From Methanobacteriota archaeon (GTDB lineage: Archaea > Thermoplasmatota > Poseidoniia > Poseidoniales > Thalassarchaeaceae): a DNA stretch of 62,505 nt. Both the position numbers and the translations under genes were made by a program. Shown here piece by piece: positions 18,820 to 28,501 of this stretch. The notes beneath the pieces were generated by a model that saw only the letters and a program-made list of their open reading frames with translations, was not told where the DNA came from and searched no databases. Every line of letters starts with the position of its first letter. Within the stretch, counting starts at the first letter, position 1. The stretch lies in contig PATD01000038.1 in NCBI GenBank assembly GCA_002713585.1, positions 5,362-67,866 on the forward strand, given 5' to 3'.

Positions 18820-19299
18820 ATGGCCAACATCGAGAAGGACGCAATCGCCACCGTGCATTACACTGGAACGCTCCCAGATGGCGAGGTATTCGATAGCAGT
18901 CGTGATGGAGAACCTATGACATTTCTAGTCGGGCATCGCAGAATGATTCCAGGTTTCGAAGAGGAACTAATGGGAGCCGAAGCTGGTGAAACACGTGAAT
19001 TCACACTACCACCTGAGAGAGCCTATGGAGAACGTGACGATGCTGCGATTATGAAGGTCAAACGTGACCAATTTCCACCTGATGTAGACCTCAAACCAGG
19101 ACTCATGATGATGACTCAAACTGATCAAGGTCCAATGCCCCTTACAATCTCTGAAATCAATGGAGACGAGATTACAATTGATTTCAACCACCAAATGGCA
19201 GGTAAGACACTCACCTTCAATGTCGAAATCATGGATGTACGGGAAGCAACTCCGGAAGAACTCCCAGACAATTGCGGACCAGGCTGCGGTTGCGACTGA
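18820..19299 (+). CDS. slyD: FKBP-type peptidyl-prolyl cis-trans isomerase (SlyD-like) with a Cys-rich C-terminal tail
   Basis: VHYTGTLPDGEVFDSS, an IF-domain-like insert, DFNHQMAGKTLTFNVEI, and the C-terminal tail CGPGCGCD. Confidence 0.8.
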   Translation: MANIEKDAIATVHYTGTLPDGEVFDSSRDGEPMTFLVGHRRMIPGFEEELMGAEAGETREFTLPPERAYGERDDAAIMKVKRDQFPPDVDLKPGLMMMTQTDQGPMPLTISEINGDEITIDFNHQMAGKTLTFNVEIMDVREATPEELPDNCGPGCGCD

Positions 19300-19304
19300 T
19301 TTTT
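19300..19304 (+). terminator. Oligo-T tract directly after the FKBP stop codon (possible archaeal terminator)
   Basis: tgcgacTGAtttttcagg. Archaeal RNA polymerase terminates at T-runs. The run is short, so this is weak. Confidence 0.25.
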
Positions 19305-19310
19305 CAGGAG

Positions 19311-19392
19311 TGCAGGGAGCAGGATTCGAACCTGCGAAGCATTCTGCAGCGGATCTTGAGCCCGCCCCCTTTGACCACTCGGGTACCCCTGC
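19311..19392 (-). tRNA. tRNA-Leu (anticodon CAA), class II with long variable arm
   Basis: Manual fold: acceptor GCAGGGG/UCCCUGC. Anticodon arm GCGGG-CUCAAGA-UCCGC. 13-nt variable arm. T arm GCAGG-UUCGAAU-CCUGC. Discriminator A. No CCA. Confidence 0.85.
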
Positions 19393-19434
19393 GCATGCTT
19401 CGGTCCAACGGCATCACGCTTGAGGGTTGCGAAG

Positions 19435-22400
19435 TTATTCCTCGCCGTCATCATCTGGAAATCTATCTGGAGGTGAAGGCCATGACTTCGGTCGAGCAGG
19501 AGGGGTTTCTGGCAATGGTATGTCATCCTCATCATCATCCCAATCCTCTGCAGCAGGATTCCGTTGCACAATAATACCGATGAGGAAGCCAAAACTGGTG
19601 AATACTATCACAAGTAAGCCAATCGAATTCAAATCACCCTCGATAACGGAATCGAGAAATCCACGTTGTGCATCAGGATCAATCACCTCGATTGCAGGAA
19701 GCATGGTTCCATTCTCGATATCTCCATCAATGACTGCGAGTAGGAGCATCTGACCAACAGCCCATGTCTCAACCTCGAAAGACTCACGAACAGAACCACC
19801 AGGCATCAGTTCAATCGTTGTTCGGTTCTGCTCAATCCACCGTTCAATCAATCCATCCTGCTTCCAAGCGAGAAGAGACACTTCGACACTGCCTCCTTCA
19901 TTTCCAGTGTCGCGAATCCAGAGATCAACATCCACAAAACGGTTGAGATGTGCTGGCTGGGGGTCAACGGAAATAGGTTCAATGCTAGGCTCAAACCAGA
20001 CCACCCTGAGCACCGGTGCCCGTGGCTCGTACTGGCTACCAATACCTTCTACAGGATTTCCAGCAAGATCAGTAAACGTCAACCATACTACTAGCTGATC
20101 TCCATCCTCAAGATTCTGCGGTTCAATAGTTGAAATATCAACGGATTCGGATACGCCGTAAACCAGACCTTGCCGCTTAACTGGCCCAATGGATTCGTAG
20201 CCTATGGACCCAGGTAAATCAACTCCAAACCGCCTGAAAGTCCAATGCAAATCAACCTCTTCTTCGGCTACACCTCCTTCATCGAGAATGGAAAAGGAAA
20301 CCTGTTGTGTTTCGAGTCCGTTTGTCTGGACTGCGGCTAGACTGGTCTGAAGGAATTCAATTCGAGGCGCAGTGCGATCAACAACCACATCGATATCTCG
20401 GCCACCCCATGCAATCTCTCCTGTAGAATCTAGTCGAACACGGATTATGCCATCACTATCAATCTCCATCTGAGGGAGAACGAGTACAAATTCGACGATT
20501 CCACTCATGTCAACGGTACCATTGACAATAACTCCAGGGGTAGTCTCAAGATTCTCATCAAAATGTGGGTCTGCTTGGACGTTTCTACCCACAGGTGGAG
20601 CCGAAAGTGGAGCGCCGTTACGTTCGTGAATAATCTGAAGCCGACATAGCAGAGCATCTCCATCCCATGCATGGATTACTCCTGAATCGATACGCCCAAA
20701 TGGTGCAGTCAAATCCTGGACTTCGAGCACCTGCCATGATGTTCTATGATCCAAATTCCAAGTGAGATCAGCAAGAGTTAGGAGATCCAAATCTAGAGTG
20801 CGTTCATCCTCAATTACCGTAATTCCAGGCACCTGGTTAGACAGAGTCCATTCGAACGGGGCATTCTCACCTATGGCGAAACTGAGGTTCAACAATCCAC
20901 GGTTCCCTGATGTATCACTCGGAATAAACTCACTACCCATCGGGATGAGGGCACTGCTAGTCGATGCAGATAACTCTCCAAGAAGAGGATGATACAGTAG
21001 ATGTCCGGCTTCTTCACCTACTCCAGACAACCACAAATGAATCTCATCAATTGATATGAATCCGTTCTCATCAGCGACTACAAGGCTCACCGTGTGTGTA
21101 GATGCGTGCAAGAGATATCCCTCGGTATGATCCATTAAGACCTCGTTCCGCTCGATGCGGGTTGGACGTTCTTCAGCAAGTGTAAAGCTAGCAATATCTG
21201 CATGGAGTCCAGGCCCACCGCCACCGATGAATGGGCGTCCAGATGCATCTACACCAGTCACATAGATGGATACCATTGCTCCATCCATCCCCATGGAGAT
21301 ATCCAACAAACCAAGATCGATTCTTCCAATTTCATGAGCATTGAATGGAACCACGATGGGGCGTGAATTGTATTCATCCGGCTGAGGTATTCCATCTCCA
21401 TCTAGATCGTTAATATTCTCAATCCACGAATGGATTTGGATTGTGCGGGAAAGGGATTCTACCTCGTCAACTTCGACACTCATTATCAACGGGCGTGATA
21501 AGGACCAGACATCTTGGTCAAGAGGTCGTTGAATACCGCTGATATCTGCAAGTAAGCGCCCAATCAAAGGGGCAACGCGATCAATTCGGAATTGGCCGGG
21601 ATGATCAATTAGTGTGTTATCCAAAGCTTGGTTTCGATTCTCTTCAGCCGGACCTACTCTAATCATGCGAGCAGTGATATTCCAAACTGAGTCAGGTAAT
21701 TCAACCTCAATATCAGGAATGGAGATAGTCGCTGTCCATGAACCATCAGTCCCCACAGGACCGGCGGGGAAAGACCAGTTATCCCCCCCCATCTCAATTA
21801 TGACGGCTACCGCAGCGGAAGAGTCGGGAATATCTCCGACTATGCCCTCAAACCTCACCTGCCCACTCACCTCTATTGGCGAGAGAGGGCTGAGATGAAG
21901 TGGGTATCCGTATACACCTGAATTTAGAAGGCTGCGATCAAGTGAATCTACAGCAGTGAATCCAACTATTTCCATGTCGTTTTCAATTCCATTTAGTCCG
22001 CCGAGACCGATGGTAGCTACAGCCGGCCCCCAAGTTCGGTTCAATGAATCGAAGCCTTTCGCATGGATTTTGACCCACTCCGCATCATCAAGGCTCCAAT
22101 CCATCGTCAAGGGCCAAGTAACTCGGTAACTGTAAGCTCGGCGCTCCACTATAGGATTACCAATAGTGAATCCAGCGGGATCGATTGTTTGAACAGAGCC
22201 AGCGTCTATCGGATTGAGAACGAAAGAAGGGTTAGATTCAATTCCGCTAATATCTAATTCGAGACGGATTCGATCTATTTCATCCACATCGAAAAGGTGG
22301 TGATGTTCAGTTACAATATCAAAGTCGGTATCTGGGACAATTGTAGTGGGATGAAGAAGGACCTCATCAGTCATCAAAGGACTTTGAATTACATGACCAT

Positions 22401-25400
22401 CGAGAATCAGACCTCCATTGTCTTCTTGTATAATTCGGACTGGAATAGCCAGCTTAGAAGAGATATTCGAACCTGTATTTGCTGCATCTTGTAGATGATT
22501 GAGGCGATAATTCTCTATTGATGAACCGAGATTGGAAATGTTGGAGATGATGTGCTGGTCCACACTAAGCAAGGTCACAGAACCAGTAAAATCCTGGTCT
22601 GCTGTGACATGGAACACGACATCTCGAATAGGTATCTGGTGAGCTGGACCGAGTACCAACTGACCAATAGAAGATGACTGGCCTTGACGGAGTTCCGCAC
22701 CACTCATGCTAATCATAGAGAAGTCGCCTGCAGAGATGGTTTGCGTCCATGAACGCTGACCCATTGCGACTGTTACTGTTACATTTGTACCAGTATGAGC
22801 ACGCATCATCATCGTTGCAGTACGCCAATCAGCATCATCGACTAGGCTCATCTGAATTGAGCCATTAATCGATGATTCGTTTGATTCTAGATTCGATCCC
22901 TGCATCAAGCCATATGGAAGGGCGTTACCTTCACCGTCATCAGGCCAAGACCATTCAACCAGACCATCTGATAGGACATCAATCTCTGGACCAAAGGAAG
23001 GTGTTGCGAGATGAGGATGAATACTCAATTGTTCCAAATCCGCTCCTGGTTGGAAATCTAACACAAATGCAAGAGTTGTTGCGGGTCTGAAGAGAGAAAC
23101 TGTGCCATTACTAATCATCGACGAATGTACGGAATTTCCATCCGCAAAGACCTCTATCATGACACCGGCAGAAATTGATTCTAAGGAGAAAGATTCGATT
23201 CTGCGCTCAGAAATGATGGTTGGCCCATCAACGCGCTGTGTCATGAAAGTTGGATTCTCAATTCGTCCTTCCACCTCGTGTACAATCAATGGGGGGCTAA
23301 CGCCCCAACCTGTTGTAAAGGCCGCTTGACCAGAGAGGAAGCGGCTGCCGTTAATGGATACCTGTTCGATACGAGGTGTCCTATGTTCGTCCATCGTTTC
23401 CATCGTGATTTGGATATGGATACCTGAACTCGAATCAAAGGATGTTAATCCGTAGAGATCGGCAAGATGCACAGGAAGAGTTCGATTCTCCATCCCAAGA
23501 ATCGGTATACCTTGTGAATCAAGTATAGATGCCTTGATTGCAGTTCTATTTGGTACACTTCCCTGAACATCAACGGAGCCCCAGCCTAAGGAATCAGGTG
23601 CTTGAATCAATGGTGAAGTCCACGTCCCCTTATCACGAAATACGTCTACGGTAATACCGACGTTGTCCACATACCAACCACTGGATTCGAAGTAGGTGTC
23701 TGAGAAGAATGAGAACCTGAGCATTACACTCTGACCTGCGAGATGGCTCAAATCCGCCGTCTTGGTAACGAAACTGGTGTTAGTCCCACAACCGCCTCCC
23801 TTCACTCGAGAGCCATCCCAAGCCATCTGTCCATAAAACGGACTGAGAGTGTTGTTGTAATGCATCGAATCATACCAATCCATGATATGAGAGCCAAAGT
23901 GAGACCAAGAGTGACCGTAGTCGGTCGAAATGTAGAGGGCACCCCCATCCCAACCACTTTCTGCACAGATGAAGTGATCAAATTGTAGAGTTGCTCGACT
24001 CCCGTAAGGAATAGGGATCGATGGTGATTCCAAATGAGAATACGAATTCTGCCGATAAGCCGCATTCAAGACGGTCCCGGCACCATTCCCCCCCCCTGGA
24101 AAAGAGGCGGGGTCGGGCCCAGTGCTATTCAGTTCACCAAATGCCCAACCATATCCAGCCTCTGTTCTAATGTTCCAATCCATCGGCAACATACTTGCAT
24201 CCTCAAAGGATTCCATTTCATCCCAAGGACCATTCATCCCTTGGTTCGAGATATGCCGCCACTGGTCCACTTTACCAAGAACAACGGAGGAATGATTCGC
24301 ATCCGATGTATCGTTAAACCGCCATGCTGCATGTTCAATTTCAGTTTGACCGGAAATCTCGACAATTCGGACATCATCCAGCATGAGACCTTCTGGAGGG
24401 TCAATTGTCAAGCCACCAAAACCAGTGCCTCCTGTCGGGTCAGATTGAAAGCGAAAACGTAACCAGATCGTTGTGTTATATCCATTAGGAATCGCATGCT
24501 GAAGGGATACCCAGCCATTTGAATCATCGATTATAGTAGTCCCATTTACATAGACACCGTGCCCAGGAAGACCAATCATAGGAGTGATGCCTGTCCAATT
24601 GGTACCATCCGTGCTCATCTCGACATGCCAGTTGTCGTAGATATCCCCCTCCATATCGAAATCCGCTGCATACTGTAGAACCATGGGGCCATTGACAGAG
24701 GAGAGGTCTGCTTCCATAACCAAAGCAGCGTTTGCATCCGGTGAATATTCTCCATTCAGGTTGCCATGGAACCACGCACCAGGCGCATAACCGTCATTGC
24801 TCACCTGAAGACGATCTACGAACCAGCCTGGACGATCGATGGATTGTGTAATCGGTGTCCAAACTACGAGGCGAAAACGGAACTTACTCGCGTTAACAAT
24901 ATCTGGATTATCGTCTAAAACGAAGGAAGAACGAACCCAGCCGCTCGCATTAACGGATGCCCATACAGGGAATCCTGAACCATTCGCTCCATTTGGAACA
25001 GGGGCAGCAGTGGATATTGTATTCCCATAACCCTGCTCAGGTTCAATCCACGACCAGTTAGAGCCACCATCAAAAGAAACCTCTACCCATGCTCCAGCTC
25101 CGGTGCCAGACATATCCGAATCAGTCCAAAGATGAAACCAGTGATCCATTGTGAAGGTCAGATTTTCAACATGTGCTGGCATGGACCAATCCGGACCAGT
25201 TAACCATGAATGTGTACCTGGAGCGATACTAATATTCGGTTGAGTCATGGCAACAAAATCCCCATCTGTGGCGAATCTAGGTGCGTGACCACCCCCATTA
25301 GTCCGAGCTGTCATCGACTGACCTACAGGATTGTTGACGTTGACTACAGTTCCATTTAGGCTAGATACATCAGTAATCTCCCAAACACTGGTTGTCCCCC

Positions 25401-25797
25401 CGGGAATCCAACCCTCAAATCGACGATGAAGATTCTCAAAGTCATGAATCCTACCATGATTGTCAGCATTCGACAAACTAAGATCTCCATTGAACAACGT
25501 GGAGGAAGCATTGTGATGTGAGCCATGGGAGAAATTTCTGCCAGGAGTGTCACTCGACCAACCTGGAACGGTGAAGATATCGCTGCCATCCGAATCTATC
25601 GTAACCCATGCATCGGTGACTGTTCCGTTGGTCTCAATGCTAAAGCCTTCAACGATTGTATCATCCAATAACGTGCTTTCAGGACCCGTCCAAGGCACGT
25701 CATCAGCAGATACAACTGAAACTATTGGACTAAGGCTCATCATCACCATGAGAGTCACGAGGGAGAGGGCAGATGCCTTCCCGCGTGTAGGGTCCAT
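19435..25797 (-). CDS. Giant (2120 aa) secreted cell-surface protein with signal peptide, several jelly-roll/MAM-like modules and a C-terminal TM anchor plus acidic/proline-rich cytoplasmic tail
   Basis: Uninterrupted 6.36-kb ORF. N-terminal SALSLVTLMVMMSLSPIVSVVSADD. Module ends GWFVDRLQVSN, LMLDDVRIVE and GWYVDNVGITV. C-terminal IGLLVIVFTSFGFLIGIIV followed by DWDDDEDD...PDRFPDDDGEE. Confidence 0.75.
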   Translation of the reverse strand: MDPTRGKASALSLVTLMVMMSLSPIVSVVSADDVPWTGPESTLLDDTIVEGFSIETNGTVTDAWVTIDSDGSDIFTVPGWSSDTPGRNFSHGSHHNASSTLFNGDLSLSNADNHGRIHDFENLHRRFEGWIPGGTTSVWEITDVSSLNGTVVNVNNPVGQSMTARTNGGGHAPRFATDGDFVAMTQPNISIAPGTHSWLTGPDWSMPAHVENLTFTMDHWFHLWTDSDMSGTGAGAWVEVSFDGGSNWSWIEPEQGYGNTISTAAPVPNGANGSGFPVWASVNASGWVRSSFVLDDNPDIVNASKFRFRLVVWTPITQSIDRPGWFVDRLQVSNDGYAPGAWFHGNLNGEYSPDANAALVMEADLSSVNGPMVLQYAADFDMEGDIYDNWHVEMSTDGTNWTGITPMIGLPGHGVYVNGTTIIDDSNGWVSLQHAIPNGYNTTIWLRFRFQSDPTGGTGFGGLTIDPPEGLMLDDVRIVEISGQTEIEHAAWRFNDTSDANHSSVVLGKVDQWRHISNQGMNGPWDEMESFEDASMLPMDWNIRTEAGYGWAFGELNSTGPDPASFPGGGNGAGTVLNAAYRQNSYSHLESPSIPIPYGSRATLQFDHFICAESGWDGGALYISTDYGHSWSHFGSHIMDWYDSMHYNNTLSPFYGQMAWDGSRVKGGGCGTNTSFVTKTADLSHLAGQSVMLRFSFFSDTYFESSGWYVDNVGITVDVFRDKGTWTSPLIQAPDSLGWGSVDVQGSVPNRTAIKASILDSQGIPILGMENRTLPVHLADLYGLTSFDSSSGIHIQITMETMDEHRTPRIEQVSINGSRFLSGQAAFTTGWGVSPPLIVHEVEGRIENPTFMTQRVDGPTIISERRIESFSLESISAGVMIEVFADGNSVHSSMISNGTVSLFRPATTLAFVLDFQPGADLEQLSIHPHLATPSFGPEIDVLSDGLVEWSWPDDGEGNALPYGLMQGSNLESNESSINGSIQMSLVDDADWRTATMMMRAHTGTNVTVTVAMGQRSWTQTISAGDFSMISMSGAELRQGQSSSIGQLVLGPAHQIPIRDVVFHVTADQDFTGSVTLLSVDQHIISNISNLGSSIENYRLNHLQDAANTGSNISSKLAIPVRIIQEDNGGLILDGHVIQSPLMTDEVLLHPTTIVPDTDFDIVTEHHHLFDVDEIDRIRLELDISGIESNPSFVLNPIDAGSVQTIDPAGFTIGNPIVERRAYSYRVTWPLTMDWSLDDAEWVKIHAKGFDSLNRTWGPAVATIGLGGLNGIENDMEIVGFTAVDSLDRSLLNSGVYGYPLHLSPLSPIEVSGQVRFEGIVGDIPDSSAAVAVIIEMGGDNWSFPAGPVGTDGSWTATISIPDIEVELPDSVWNITARMIRVGPAEENRNQALDNTLIDHPGQFRIDRVAPLIGRLLADISGIQRPLDQDVWSLSRPLIMSVEVDEVESLSRTIQIHSWIENINDLDGDGIPQPDEYNSRPIVVPFNAHEIGRIDLGLLDISMGMDGAMVSIYVTGVDASGRPFIGGGGPGLHADIASFTLAEERPTRIERNEVLMDHTEGYLLHASTHTVSLVVADENGFISIDEIHLWLSGVGEEAGHLLYHPLLGELSASTSSALIPMGSEFIPSDTSGNRGLLNLSFAIGENAPFEWTLSNQVPGITVIEDERTLDLDLLTLADLTWNLDHRTSWQVLEVQDLTAPFGRIDSGVIHAWDGDALLCRLQIIHERNGAPLSAPPVGRNVQADPHFDENLETTPGVIVNGTVDMSGIVEFVLVLPQMEIDSDGIIRVRLDSTGEIAWGGRDIDVVVDRTAPRIEFLQTSLAAVQTNGLETQQVSFSILDEGGVAEEEVDLHWTFRRFGVDLPGSIGYESIGPVKRQGLVYGVSESVDISTIEPQNLEDGDQLVVWLTFTDLAGNPVEGIGSQYEPRAPVLRVVWFEPSIEPISVDPQPAHLNRFVDVDLWIRDTGNEGGSVEVSLLAWKQDGLIERWIEQNRTTIELMPGGSVRESFEVETWAVGQMLLLAVIDGDIENGTMLPAIEVIDPDAQRGFLDSVIEGDLNSIGLLVIVFTSFGFLIGIIVQRNPAAEDWDDDEDDIPLPETPPARPKSWPSPPDRFPDDDGEE

Positions 25798-25896
25798 GGT
25801 AGCCTAGCCATCCACAGTCGTTTCAATCGTCCGGCCTTCCGTTCTCTTGAACCAAGAACGAATGGTTCATGAGTCGGCCGGTTTGACTGCAAATGG

Positions 25897-26706
25897 ATGG
25901 CGGTCACTAGTTCTGACACCGGGGCGGTTCCCCCGTTGAGCGAACAGGCCGCCCAAGAGATTGAATCAAGGCTCATCAGCCTTCAACGCTCACAAGCAGA
26001 CAAAGAACTCCCTCTCCCACTTCCCAACTCCAGATTCTGGGATTTGGTAACCCAACTCACCCAACGGATTGAGATTGAGATGGATGAGGCACGGAGGAAG
26101 GAAGGGTGGAATACGAAGACGGATTTGATCCGCAAACGGATGCGTACCATCCGTTGGGCTATTGGTTCCCTGACCCAACATCGCTTGAATGGATTTGCTC
26201 GACTTGCCACTATGCGGACTCTGCTCCAACGAGAAGGAAACGCCCCCGAACCAAACTGGGAACAGCATGGACCAGCAGAACGCGCATTCTACGAAAGCGT
26301 CTGTCGTTCTATCGAAATTTTCCAGAAGGATATCGATTGGGATACATTACAAAACGGAATAACTACACCAATTATCGAAGTTTCCAATTCTGGTATCGCT
26401 CCATTGACCGATTTCATCCAAGAAGAAAATGATGAACAAGCAATTCCAACTACATCTTCTCAGGAAGATCTAGACCCTCCTCCTGAATTCCATATTGACG
26501 AAGCCTGGGATGACGACGATCAATCACAGGCATCCACCGTTCCAGAAGGATTTCGTCGAATTCGAATGCTGCAAGATCTGCCTGAACCAATACTTGGCCC
26601 CGATGATACCCCGGTTAATCTCTCAATTGGAGATGTCCACGTATGTCCAATACTCTTAGCAGGCGCACTAATCGGTGGCGGAATGGCAGAGCCTGCAGAT
26701 CTCTAA
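25897..26706 (+). CDS. GINS subunit-like replication protein (Gins51/Gins15-type A+B domain arrangement), tentative
   Basis: N-terminal helical region with ...IRKRMRTIRWAIGSLTQHRL..., then an acidic linker. C-terminal RIRMLQDLPEPILGPDDTPVNLSIGDVHVCPILLAGALIGGGMAE resembles the GINS B-domain pattern (vp.f.G.D...y.l..GDv..lP...A..Li..g.A). Confidence 0.5.
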   Translation: MAVTSSDTGAVPPLSEQAAQEIESRLISLQRSQADKELPLPLPNSRFWDLVTQLTQRIEIEMDEARRKEGWNTKTDLIRKRMRTIRWAIGSLTQHRLNGFARLATMRTLLQREGNAPEPNWEQHGPAERAFYESVCRSIEIFQKDIDWDTLQNGITTPIIEVSNSGIAPLTDFIQEENDEQAIPTTSSQEDLDPPPEFHIDEAWDDDDQSQASTVPEGFRRIRMLQDLPEPILGPDDTPVNLSIGDVHVCPILLAGALIGGGMAEPADL

Positions 26707-26718
26707 TCCTAATCCTAA

Positions 26719-27048
26719 TCAGTTGACCTGACGCAGATTAATCTCGATGGTGACGGAATCGGGAATCGGGATTTTAATAATCTCACGAATCGCGTTTTCA
26801 TCTTTTGAGGAGTTTGTCACGAGTTCAATTAAGCGACGATGAATGCGCATCTCCCAGTGATCGAAGGTCTCGGAACCCTCGCCATCAGGAGACTTTCTGC
26901 AAGGAACGGTAAGTCGGCGGGTAGGGAGAGGGATTGGACCTCTCATCTTAACGCCTGTTCGGTCGCTAATCTCCTTGACAACACCAGCAACACGATCGAC
27001 TGCAGTGTGGTCTTCACCGGTCAACTTAATCGCTGTGATGATAGGCAT
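26719..27048 (-). CDS. rps10: 30S ribosomal protein S10 (uS10)
   Basis: ITAIKLTGEDHTAVDRV...GVKMRGPIPLPTRRL...HWEMRIHRRLIEL. Immediately downstream of EF-1alpha, the conserved archaeal arrangement. Confidence 0.9.
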   Translation of the reverse strand: MPIITAIKLTGEDHTAVDRVAGVVKEISDRTGVKMRGPIPLPTRRLTVPCRKSPDGEGSETFDHWEMRIHRRLIELVTNSSKDENAIREIIKIPIPDSVTIEINLRQVN

Positions 27049-27083
27049 GGGAATCCGACTCCGAACTCCTCATTATCCAATTA

Positions 27084-28391
27084 TCACTTCTTCTCGATCT
27101 TCATGCAGACGCCAGCAGCGACGGTCTTGCCCATATCACGGATTGCGAAGCGTGCGAGTTCTGGGAACGCACCCATCTCTTCGATAGCCATAGGCTTGGT
27201 CGGAGCGAAGCGAATGAGAGCTGCATCACCGGACTTGAGGAATGCTGGATTCTTCTCCTTGGTCTTTGCATTCTCAAGGAGTTCAGCAAAGCGGACTGCA
27301 ACCTGAGCTGTGTGTGCGTGGAATACAGGGGTGTAACCAGCGCCGATTGCCTTGGGGATATCCATGAGCTGAATCTGTCCAACGAAGGTCTCGTCGTGAC
27401 GAACGAAGCTTGGCTCACTGTCGGCGTAACCTGCAACGTCACCACGGCGGATGTCAGTTGCAGCAAGACCACGAACGTTGAATCCAACGTTGTCACCAGG
27501 CTCAGCCTTTGCGACCTGCGTATGGTGCATCTCGATGCTCTTGACTTCAGCTGTCTGCTGACTAGGATTGAACACGACATTTTTGCCGACGTTCAGAGTA
27601 CCTGTCTCAATCTTACCGACGGGCACAGTGCCGATTCCACTGATCTTATAGACGTCCTGGATTGGAAGTCGCAGAGGCTTATCAACAGGCTTAGAAGGCT
27701 GCTTCACAGCATCGATTGCCTCGAAGAGGGTCTTGACAGACTTGTCGTTGAAGGTAGTTCCCTTCCACCAGCCCATGTTGTCAGAGCCGTTGTAGAGATT
27801 CTCGCCATTGAATGATGAGCAAGGAATCTTTGGAACATCTGCAGGGTTGAAGCCAGCCATCTTGAGGAGTTCATCGACCTCTCCACAGACCTGATTGTAC
27901 TTGTCCTCGGAATAGTCGACACCGCTGATGTCCATCTTGTTGACATTGACAATGAGTTGCTTGACACCAAGAACACGAGCAAGGAAAGCGTGTTCCTTGG
28001 TCTGCGCATTGACGCCGTCATTCGCAGCACATAGAAGAATAGCAGCGTCCGCCTGACTAGTTCCAGTAATCATATTCTTGACGAAGTCACGGTGACCAGG
28101 TGCGTCGATGACAGTGTAGTACCAGTTAGGGGTGAAGAACTCCTTGTGAGCAACGTCGATCGTGATTCCACGCTCGCGCTCCTCCTTTAGTCCGTCCATC
28201 ACGTAAGCGAGACCGAAGCCAGCCTTTCCAGACTCAGCTGCGAGTTTCTCGTTCTTGTCAATAACGTGCTGTTCGATGTGGCCGCTGTCGAGGAGAAGGC
28301 GACCGACGGTCGTGGACTTCCCATGGTCGACGTGACCAATGAATACGATGTTCAAGTGTGGCTTGTTCTTGTCTTCCCATTGCGATCCCAT
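27084..28391 (-). CDS. tuf: Translation elongation factor EF-1alpha
   Basis: KPHLNIVFIGHVDHGKSTTVGRLL, DAPGHRDF and NKMD GTPase motifs. Start trimmed to MGSQWEDKNKPHLN; the ORF extends to 28442. Confidence 0.95.
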   Translation of the reverse strand: MGSQWEDKNKPHLNIVFIGHVDHGKSTTVGRLLLDSGHIEQHVIDKNEKLAAESGKAGFGLAYVMDGLKEERERGITIDVAHKEFFTPNWYYTVIDAPGHRDFVKNMITGTSQADAAILLCAANDGVNAQTKEHAFLARVLGVKQLIVNVNKMDISGVDYSEDKYNQVCGEVDELLKMAGFNPADVPKIPCSSFNGENLYNGSDNMGWWKGTTFNDKSVKTLFEAIDAVKQPSKPVDKPLRLPIQDVYKISGIGTVPVGKIETGTLNVGKNVVFNPSQQTAEVKSIEMHHTQVAKAEPGDNVGFNVRGLAATDIRRGDVAGYADSEPSFVRHDETFVGQIQLMDIPKAIGAGYTPVFHAHTAQVAVRFAELLENAKTKEKNPAFLKSGDAALIRFAPTKPMAIEEMGAFPELARFAIRDMGKTVAAGVCMKIEKK

Positions 28392-28501
28392 GTGGTTCAC
28401 TCCTGTGTTAAGCAACGCTGCGACCGTGGATGCATATATCAAGGCTACTCATCAGAGACAAACGTTTTCAGAACCGAAATTGAATTACAAATATCGGCGA
28501 C

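Noticed and set aside
17145-19392. The arsC-like / mrp-like / slyD-like block bounded by tRNA-Gly and tRNA-Leu, considered as an integrated island.
   Set aside because: There is no integrase, no direct repeats of the tRNA 3' ends and no obvious change in composition. The tRNAs appear to be ordinary singleton genes.
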